DNA from: a virus
Lineage: Duplodnaviria; Heunggongvirae; Uroviricota; Caudoviricetes
Length of the DNA stretch: 31,860 nucleotides
Direction: 5' to 3' (one strand)
IMG/VR virus record: IMGVR_UViG_2778261226_000007
Shown: positions 24,403-30,546 of the stretch, piece after piece
How positions within the stretch are numbered: position 1 is the first letter of the stretch
Layout of the letters: every line of letters begins with the position of its first letter
The notes under the pieces: model-generated
Told to the model about the DNA's origin: nothing
Databases searched by the model: none
Seen by the model: the letters and a program-made list of their open reading frames with translations, nothing else
Made by a program: the position numbers and the translations under genes

Positions 24403-25256
24403 TATTTGTTCTCCTGTAAAAGATTCGCGAGCTCAGTGTTATGGGTAAACAGCCCATCCCATGTTTTCTTCATCGGTAGTTCACCGTTCAGATAATGGCG
24501 ATATAACCAGGCGGCACCTTTTTTCTTCAGGAGTGGTTTGAAAATCTCGCGCATTTCCCCGTTTTCCTGCTCAACCTGCCCAGAACGCTCAGTCAGGTAT
24601 TGGTCACGTGCATACGCTTTTACACGCCAGCGCGGATACATAGCCTCCGGACGGTCGTCATACAGCCAGTTACGCTCTTCAAGGAACGCATTAATCTGAC
24701 GAGTGTTTACACCGTTGAGTTGTTTGCAGAACTGCACAGGAGTGATGCCATCGGCGAGATGGCTTTCGAGTTTGCTGATGTAGCGAGCCTGACGCTCTGC
24801 ATACCCGAGAGCAAGGCGTTCGGATTTTTTGGCTTCAATCCACGCTTCAGCAGCAGCGATCGGATCGTCAAAGTCTGGAATAGTGTTTGAAGAAGGCGTT
24901 GCTTTACGAAAATACGCCTGCTCCATTTTTTCGAAGAACGACCAGGCCTCGTCTGTATCGACGATTTTTGACATGCGGGCAGCGCCGCGTTCTGTCCAGA
25001 GGACAAGTGATGTTGTATGTTTATTAACCGACTCGCTAAAAGATAGTCGGAAAGATTTCAGCTCATCACCGCTGATTTTGAAAAAGTGTTTACCCTCAAC
25101 GAAACGATCTTCGTTTCGAATGTAGTTCTGTTGTATACGGATTGGCGTTGTTCCATATCCCGCCGCCAACGTTTCGGTGGTAACTACACGTACTCCCTGC
25201 CACTCAATAACTGGCAAGTTTTCAGGGTTGACTAATTTTTGTTTATTGATCATCAT
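24402..25256 (-). CDS. Antirepressor-like protein, ORF6N N-terminal domain plus KilAC/ANT C-terminal domain
   Basis: The N-terminal half is paralogous to 17421..17909. The C-terminal half (AAEAWIEAKKSERLALGYAE...QFCKQLNGVNTRQINAFLEERNWLY) is KilAC-like. It is the first gene after cro. Confidence 0.8.
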   Translation of the reverse strand: MMINKQKLVNPENLPVIEWQGVRVVTTETLAAGYGTTPIRIQQNYIRNEDRFVEGKHFFKISGDELKSFRLSFSESVNKHTTSLVLWTERGAARMSKIVDTDEAWSFFEKMEQAYFRKATPSSNTIPDFDDPIAAAEAWIEAKKSERLALGYAERQARYISKLESHLADGITPVQFCKQLNGVNTRQINAFLEERNWLYDDRPEAMYPRWRVKAYARDQYLTERSGQVEQENGEMREIFKPLLKKKGAAWLYRHYLNGELPMKKTWDGLFTHNTELANLLQENK

Positions 25257-25332
25257 GAAATCCCCTTACTAATCAGAATAAGTCGGGCTGACGGAGTGCG
25301 GCCCGGCTTTTCTTTTTTCGTTCAGTAACCGT

Positions 25333-25632
25333 TCATCGCGTGGACATTTCTGATGAATCACTCTGCCCATCTTCCGTGCGCGCTAGGCTTGGATTTGAAA
25401 TTTTGCGTAACGAATCAGGAATTCCATCTTCAGGGTGAGGATAAAGATCTGGCCTTAAGCCATGTGGCGTGACCTTCCATGCAACTACTTCACATACGCG
25501 TAAAACAAAACGAGCAGGAATTGTGTTTTTTGAAAACCACTGATTCACCGCTTGCGGAGTTACACCAAGGTTTCGTGCAATGGCATTTTGCGCAATTAAT
25601 GCGCGAAGTACGTCGTAATCATTTCCTTTCAT
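25333..25632 (-). CDS. Cro-like HTH regulator
   Basis: LGVTPQAVNQWFSKNTIPARFVLRVCEV HTH. Divergent from the CI-like gene across a 133-bp control region. Confidence 0.7.
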   Translation of the reverse strand: MKGNDYDVLRALIAQNAIARNLGVTPQAVNQWFSKNTIPARFVLRVCEVVAWKVTPHGLRPDLYPHPEDGIPDSLRKISNPSLARTEDGQSDSSEMSTR

Positions 25633-25765
25633 AGCAAAACACCAATATTAACTTGATAACACAAGAATACATCAAGATTAAATTAACATGCAAGTTGCAA
25701 AAGGATCGAATACACTAAAATCAAGTAAAGATTTATCCTTGTAAAGAAACCCACAGGACCTGGTC
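25633..25765. promoter_or_regulatory. Divergent PR/PRM-type promoter-operator region
   Basis: AT-rich intergenic region with repeated CTTGAT/ATCAAG half-sites (25652-25657, 25671-25676, 25720-25725). Exact promoters not resolved. Confidence 0.55.
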
Positions 25766-26455
25766 ATGAAGAACGTCAAAAACACGGAAAATCGAATAGC
25801 CGCGATGCTGAAAGCAAAAGGATGGACTCAGGCTCAACTGGCCCGCAAGTTAGGTGTGAGTGCGCAATCAGTGCAGTACTGGACAACAGGAAAGACATTT
25901 CCACGGAGTGATAAGCTTGCGCAGTTATCAGAGATTAGCGGTTATCCACAATCCTGGTTCTTAGGTGAAGACCCCTCACCGACCTTCTCCTCGCCAGAGA
26001 AACACCAGACAAGAACAGATAGCGTCGTGTTTAATGTCCTTGATGTTGAGTTCAGTTGCGGTGATGGAACTCATGTCCGTGGTGACTTGATAGATGTAGT
26101 GCGCTCAATAGAACTTGATCCTGAATATGCCCGACGTCTTGTTGGAAATCGGGCATTCAAAAATATAGAAATAGGTAACGCCAGAGGAGACAGTATGGCT
26201 CCCACAATCTCACCTGGCGACCTTCTTTTTCTCGATAAGACAGTAACTTATTTTGATGGAGATGGCATTTATGCATTTTGTTTTGATGGAGAATGCTACG
26301 TGAAAAGACTTCAAAAAATTGGAAGCAAAATCATGGTGTTATCTGATAACCCCAATTATCAACCATGGAGCATCGAAAAAGAGGGTTTAGCTCTGCTTTA
26401 TATCCAGTCTAAAGTGATCTCATCTGTACCATTCAATATAAACAGATTTGGTTAG
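25766..26455 (+). CDS. CI-type prophage repressor (HTH plus S24/LexA-like autocleavage domain)
   Basis: N-terminal HTH WTQAQLARKLGVSAQSVQYWTTGK. C-terminal GDSMAPTISPGDLLFLD...YVKRL supplies the Ser/Lys dyad context. Confidence 0.9.
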   Translation: MKNVKNTENRIAAMLKAKGWTQAQLARKLGVSAQSVQYWTTGKTFPRSDKLAQLSEISGYPQSWFLGEDPSPTFSSPEKHQTRTDSVVFNVLDVEFSCGDGTHVRGDLIDVVRSIELDPEYARRLVGNRAFKNIEIGNARGDSMAPTISPGDLLFLDKTVTYFDGDGIYAFCFDGECYVKRLQKIGSKIMVLSDNPNYQPWSIEKEGLALLYIQSKVISSVPFNINRFG

Positions 26456-26467
26456 TCTTTGATTTTA

Positions 26468-26488
26468 ACGGGCTTTGCCCGTTTTTTT
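26468..26488 (+). terminator. Intrinsic terminator after the repressor gene
   Basis: ACGGGC, loop TTT, GCCCGT, followed by T6. Confidence 0.75.
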
Positions 26489-26518
26489 CTGCCTAAAATA
26501 CACGATATCAATTTTTTC

Positions 26519-26547
26519 TTGACAGCCTATTTCGCAAAGCATAATAT
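26519..26547 (+). promoter_or_regulatory. Near-consensus sigma70 promoter (pL equivalent)
   Basis: TTGACA, 17 nt, TAATAT. It is followed at 26554-26570 by the 17-bp near-palindrome ATCAACTATAACTTGAT, which shares half-sites with the cro/cI control region. Confidence 0.75.
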
Positions 26548-26600
26548 CGCGCCATCAACTATAACTTGATTTGATTCAATTTAAAATTGTTGGTGGGTAT

Positions 26601-27053
26601 ATGAAGACACTAAACGCAACTCCAGAAACAACTAATTTTATCAACTGCGGCTGTGTTACGCTTGAAGGCTTAGAACTTGATTCCTTTGCATTAAATATTG
26701 CAAATTTGCTAAGTGCTGTACGCACATTCCATCTTCTTGATTGTGCTCGCTCAAAGGAACTAGGCATTGAGGTAATGGAATTTATCCATGAATATGCTCT
26801 ATCTGCGGCTTCTCCTGCACGACAAAAACAATCCTTCCCTAAAAGCTGGCTGGTTAACCTTCACACCCAACGCGAAGCCTGCGGCTTAACAACCGCCGAA
26901 CTCGCCAGGCTGCTCGATCTCGATGAAGAAATCATCATCCAGTGGGAGAGCGGAGAGTATGAACCAACTATCAGTATGCTTATCCCACTGGCAAATATTC
27001 TTGGCTGCGATCCGATGTGGTTATTGACTGGTAGCAATGCTACAAAGGAGTAA
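26601..27053 (+). CDS. Two-domain protein: unknown N-terminal domain plus C-terminal XRE-type HTH
   Basis: ATG at 26601 with GGTGGG upstream. HTH is LTTAELARLLDLDEEIIIQWESGEYEPTISMLIPLANILGCDPMWLL. Confidence 0.7.
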   Translation: MKTLNATPETTNFINCGCVTLEGLELDSFALNIANLLSAVRTFHLLDCARSKELGIEVMEFIHEYALSAASPARQKQSFPKSWLVNLHTQREACGLTTAELARLLDLDEEIIIQWESGEYEPTISMLIPLANILGCDPMWLLTGSNATKE

Positions 27054-27058
27054 CAGCA

Positions 27059-27259
27059 GTGAATAGTAATATCCATGACAATTTCGAAGGTATTTGTCTG
27101 GCATCGGATTCATTTGCAATAAACATTCATAGTCTGTTGTGCGCTGCGCAAGTTTTACAGATGTCAAATAATCAGAATGCAAAAACATTAGGTGATGAAA
27201 TCCTGTCTTTTGCATGTGAATATTCGAAAGCTGCAGTCAAAAAAGAATTAGCGCAATAA
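27059..27259 (+). CDS. Stand-alone paralogue of the N-terminal domain of 26601..27053
   Basis: GTG start with AAGGAG 8 nt upstream. DSFAINIHSLLCAAQVLQM...LGDEILSFACEYSKAA aligns with DSFALNIANLLSAVRTFHLL...LGIEVMEFIHEYALSA. Confidence 0.6.
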   Translation: MNSNIHDNFEGICLASDSFAINIHSLLCAAQVLQMSNNQNAKTLGDEILSFACEYSKAAVKKELAQ

Positions 27260-27337
27260 CAATAAATATTCACTGAATGTTTATTACGGTTTTATCGCCG
27301 GGGATTGTTGCAACCTTTATTCGCAGGAGATTATGTT

Positions 27338-27451
27338 ATGACTTTCCTGAAACATAAGGCATCGTATAAAACTGCCTGCCTCATTGCACAACATGGAGAT
27401 TCTTATCTTCATATAGCCAACCTGTATTTGCGCAAAGCATATGGGAGATAA
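27338..27451 (+). CDS. 37-aa ORF (not in track)
   Basis: My translation is MTFLKHKASYKTACLIAQHGDSYLHIANLYLRKAYGR. AGGAGA lies 7 nt upstream. It ends 4 nt before the next start. Confidence 0.3.
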   Translation: MTFLKHKASYKTACLIAQHGDSYLHIANLYLRKAYGR

Positions 27452-27455
27452 ATAA

Positions 27456-27644
27456 ATGAAAGAAAAACAACAAAACATAACACATAAAAAAGTAAGAGTG
27501 TTGCTAACCATTGAAAATGGTGAAGTAATTTACTCAAAACATCTGTTGGATAATGAATTCGTTGGCTGCATGGATACATTTCTGTGGATGGCAAAAAGAG
27601 CTGGCTACACGATTATTCCACCAGCAAAGGAGCAAACATTATGA
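27456..27644 (+). CDS. Hypothetical protein
   Basis: 62 aa with GGGAGA upstream. The stop overlaps the next ATG (ATGA). Confidence 0.5.
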   Translation: MKEKQQNITHKKVRVLLTIENGEVIYSKHLLDNEFVGCMDTFLWMAKRAGYTIIPPAKEQTL

Positions 27645-28222
27645 ATCATTCAGATTTCCGACCAGAAGTTACGCCACATGGCATAAAAATTGGCAATACA
27701 ACCATTAATTTTGTTGATGCCGTACAGCGACTTAATGATGGTGAATACGACAATCCATACTGGCACGGCTTAAGAATCATGCAATGTATTGCTGAAGCCG
27801 ATGATGCAGGGTTGCTGGGACGATTTTCAGTCGATATGAAGGTTGCTCAGTGGCGATGGCTGTATGTGACTACGTTTATAAATGAAGAGAAAGACAAGAA
27901 CGGTACCGTTGATATCCCTAACGATAACGGAACTACAGATCACGCGGTTATTTACAAGGGCAAACATGGTTGCCTGAGTATCTACCCCGGACCACTTCGT
28001 ATTGCCCTGCAAAACCACGTCGAATGGGGATTTATTGAAAAATATGGCGAAGCTGAAGGCATGGGGCGAGTTCTGTTTCTCTATCAAAAAATGCTCATCG
28101 CAGATCCTGATAATGGTTTCATTATTTCTGCTATGGGGCGCGAAGGGCTTGAACTCCTTCTGGATGAAATGATGAACGACCTGAATACTCATGGTATGCC
28201 AGAAGCGCCAGTGACACATTAA
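27641..28222 (+). CDS. Hypothetical protein
   Basis: Start at MNHSDF with AAGGAG upstream. 193 aa. No family recognised. Confidence 0.6.
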   Translation: MNHSDFRPEVTPHGIKIGNTTINFVDAVQRLNDGEYDNPYWHGLRIMQCIAEADDAGLLGRFSVDMKVAQWRWLYVTTFINEEKDKNGTVDIPNDNGTTDHAVIYKGKHGCLSIYPGPLRIALQNHVEWGFIEKYGEAEGMGRVLFLYQKMLIADPDNGFIISAMGREGLELLLDEMMNDLNTHGMPEAPVTH

Positions 28223-28267
28223 ATATTAAGAAGAATATAATTCTTCCATCTTTTACCAACCGTTTAT

Positions 28268-28375
28268 ATGAAAAGCAACCGTGAATTAAACAGAGTAAAA
28301 CTGATTTTAATCCTTGCCACAGTACTGACACTAACTGAAATCATTATTCTCTTTATTGCGCTGTCAGTCGGTTAA
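28268..28375 (+). CDS. 35-aa hydrophobic peptide (not in track)
   Basis: My translation is MKSNRELNRVKLILILATVLTLTEIIILFIALSVG: a basic N-terminus followed by a single TM segment. No clear SD. Confidence 0.3.
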   Translation: MKSNRELNRVKLILILATVLTLTEIIILFIALSVG

Positions 28376-28398
28376 AAATATCGGGATACCACAGACCA

Positions 28399-28587
28399 AT
28401 GAGACTGTATTTCACAATAGTAATTTTACTGGCAATTATCGCATGCATTTACGGATTACTCGTTCCGTTCCTTATATCCATGAAGGATACGATAGCAGTT
28501 ATTTCTGGCTTTGCACTGGCGTTTCTGACCCCGCCCTGCATTTATGCCATTTACAAGGGTCTTTCTTTCACTAAGGATAAAAGATGA
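28399..28587 (+). CDS. 62-aa 2-TM membrane protein, coupled to the SPFH gene
   Basis: Two hydrophobic segments. The stop overlaps the SPFH ATG (ATGA). Confidence 0.55.
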   Translation: MRLYFTIVILLAIIACIYGLLVPFLISMKDTIAVISGFALAFLTPPCIYAIYKGLSFTKDKR

Positions 28588-29411
28588 AAAAAATTATTTT
28601 TGCTTTAGCCATTGTTCTGCCGACTATTGGCCTTGTCGGTTGCGATCGCGTTGAACCAGGTAATGTTGGCATCAAGGTAAATAAACTGGGCGACGACAAA
28701 GGCGTCGGTGAGGTGGTCGGTGTTGGTCGCTACTGGACTGGCTGGAATACTGAAGTTTATATCTTCCCCACCTTCAAACAAATGAAGACCTACGATGAAC
28801 CGTTCAGTTTCCAGATGAGTGACGGTACAACCATCGGCTATCACATTGGCGTGGCCTACAAAGTTGATCCATCCAAAGTTACCACGGTGTTTCAGACCTA
28901 CCGCAAAGGCGTGGATGACATTACCGACACTGACCTGCGCCAGAAGATCGCCGACGCACTCAACCGACTGGCCAGCAAAATGACCACTGACAAATTTATC
29001 GACGGCGGCAAGTCTGAGCTGCTGGATGAAGCTCTTAAAGACATTCAGGCAGAGATGACACCTATCGGTATTCAGGTAATGAGCCTCTCATATGTGGGTA
29101 AGCCGGAGTACCCGCCAACCGTTATCGACAGCATTAATGCCAAAGTCACGGCAAACCAGAAAACCCTGCAGCGCGAGCAGGAAGTCAAGCAACGTGAAGC
29201 GGAGGCCAACATGCTACGTGCGGAAGCTGCCGGACAGGCTGATGCCATTCGAACAAAAGCCCAGGCAGAAGCCGATGCCATTCGTTTACGCGGCGAAGCT
29301 CTACGCCAGAACCCAGGCGTCATGGAGCTGGAAGCCATCAACAAGTGGAACGGTACACTGCCGCAATACATGACCAGTGGTGCCAATACACCATTTATCC
29401 AGATTAAATAA
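28584..29411 (+). CDS. SPFH/band-7 (prohibitin/HflKC-like) domain lipoprotein
   Basis: Signal peptide MKKIIFALAIVLPTIGLVGC with a lipobox and Asp at +2. The SPFH-like core is followed by an Ala/Glu/Gln/Arg-rich coiled coil (QREAEANMLRAEAAGQADAIRTKAQAEADAIRLRGEA). AAGGA SD. Confidence 0.8.
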   Translation: MKKIIFALAIVLPTIGLVGCDRVEPGNVGIKVNKLGDDKGVGEVVGVGRYWTGWNTEVYIFPTFKQMKTYDEPFSFQMSDGTTIGYHIGVAYKVDPSKVTTVFQTYRKGVDDITDTDLRQKIADALNRLASKMTTDKFIDGGKSELLDEALKDIQAEMTPIGIQVMSLSYVGKPEYPPTVIDSINAKVTANQKTLQREQEVKQREAEANMLRAEAAGQADAIRTKAQAEADAIRLRGEALRQNPGVMELEAINKWNGTLPQYMTSGANTPFIQIK

Positions 29412-29450
29412 CTTATATGCCCGGCAGGCGCCGGGCTAAGGGAAATGCAG

Positions 29451-29822
29451 ATGAACACCCAGAATACTCAACCGCAAATAATGAACTATGACCCGAATCT
29501 GACGTCATGCGGACGCATGGCAAACCAAACCGTTCGATTAACTTTCGGACTATGGGAATACCGCGAAACATTCGAAGTTACTGTCGGCGGCAATCTGACC
29601 GGACTGGATGTTATCAGTTGCGCTATTGAAAGCCTGTACGCAACGCTGCCTTATGAAGAAGTCAAGGATGAGCGCACAGGGGAAACAGATATCATGGCCA
29701 CCATTAATATTGGCGAACTGATATGTCAGGATGAAGACCTGTCCGGAGAACTCTGGCTTGCCGGGATGCTTATCTCAGCAGAAATTATCAGTATTGAACC
29801 CGCTACAAACATACGGCTCTGA
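29451..29822 (+). CDS. Hypothetical protein
   Basis: ORF 29445..29822. The ATG at 29451 has better spacing to AAGGGA. No family recognised. Confidence 0.55.
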   Translation: MNTQNTQPQIMNYDPNLTSCGRMANQTVRLTFGLWEYRETFEVTVGGNLTGLDVISCAIESLYATLPYEEVKDERTGETDIMATINIGELICQDEDLSGELWLAGMLISAEIISIEPATNIRL

Positions 29823-29853
29823 AGTTCTCACTATTCAGAGAGCAGGAGAAAAA

Positions 29854-30096
29854 ATGTTTGCTTTGATTAATCAGGGACAACTGTATACCGACAGTGCCGG
29901 TTACCCGGTAAAAATTATTCGCTGCATAAATAACACCGTGTTGTACAGAAGAATGGATGGGCGAACACAATCGGTAAAAATGAACGATTTTAATGAATCG
30001 TTTGAACGGATCGATCACCAGGAATACCGACAAATTCTGGCAGAAACAGAGCAGGAAGCTCATCTGAAAAAATTACGAGCCATGAAAAGGAAGTAG
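29854..30096 (+). CDS. Small protein, DUF4222-like
   Basis: Start at MFALINQGQLYTDSAGYPVKII with AGGAG upstream. The pattern resembles small proteins common near xis in lambdoid prophages. Confidence 0.5.
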   Translation: MFALINQGQLYTDSAGYPVKIIRCINNTVLYRRMDGRTQSVKMNDFNESFERIDHQEYRQILAETEQEAHLKKLRAMKRK

Positions 30097-30099
30097 CGA

Positions 30100-30246
30100 A
30101 TGAATAAAGCGTTTGAGCTATGGGTACGCCAGCGTTACGGCAATCGTTATGACCTGACGCGAGATGTTGACGGTTTCTACTGCCGTGAAGTTGTGAAACG
30201 AATGTTTGAAGTGTGGTGCCACTGCCGTGGGCTGAGTGTTGTGTGA
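30100..30246 (+). CDS. 48-aa ORF (not in track)
   Basis: My translation is MNKAFELWVRQRYGNRYDLTRDVDGFYCREVVKRMFEVWCHCRGLSVV. It fills the gap between neighbouring genes, starting 4 nt after the previous stop. Confidence 0.35.
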   Translation: MNKAFELWVRQRYGNRYDLTRDVDGFYCREVVKRMFEVWCHCRGLSVV

Positions 30247-30254
30247 GGTAATAC

Positions 30255-30491
30255 ATGGGCAATGTGATTCAACTGGCTCCCAATGAATGGGTTTGTGAAA
30301 GCGTTCTTATCGCAATTACCGGGCTCAAACCTGGCACAATTCTCCGAGCCCGGAAAGAATGCTGGATGGTAGGAAGAGAGTATATTCACGTATCGCCAGA
30401 CGGTAATCCAAAACCTTCCAGTGAATGTATGTATAACAGAAAAGCAATAGATGCCTGGGTCTCTTCAATGAAAAACAAACAACCTGGGTGA
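30255..30491 (+). CDS. Excisionase-like protein
   Basis: 78 aa immediately upstream of int. EWV.E..L.AITGLKPGTI.RARKE.WM.GREY.H..PDG is the putative-excisionase (DUF1233-like) pattern as I recall it. Confidence 0.6.
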   Translation: MGNVIQLAPNEWVCESVLIAITGLKPGTILRARKECWMVGREYIHVSPDGNPKPSSECMYNRKAIDAWVSSMKNKQPG

Positions 30492-30546
30492 TTTAATACC
30501 ATGAAATATGTAAGCTCGTATCGCTCTTGGGCGTCTGGAGGTATCA

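Noticed and set aside
25270-25312. Hairpin GTCGGGC...GCCCGGC followed by a T-rich run on the plus strand, between cro and the antirepressor-like gene
   Set aside because: The T-run is on the plus strand, where no gene is transcribed into it. On the minus (operon) strand the hairpin is preceded, not followed, by the run. It is a possible antisense-transcript terminator, but this is unsupported.
27317-27594. Minus-strand ORFs of 61-64 aa in the AT-rich accessory segment
   Set aside because: They lie opposite plus-strand ORFs that have proper RBSs. They lack RBSs and have the hydrophobic composition typical of AT-rich shadow frames.
29419-29436. GC-rich 7-bp hairpin after the SPFH gene as a terminator
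   Set aside because: No T-tract follows it; the next gene's SD begins immediately. It may be a stabiliser or a weak pause site.
29731-30096. 121-aa version of the DUF4222-like ORF
   Set aside because: The upstream 41 codons overlap the preceding gene. An internal ATG at 29854 has an AGGAG SD and matches the typical N-terminus of this small-protein family.
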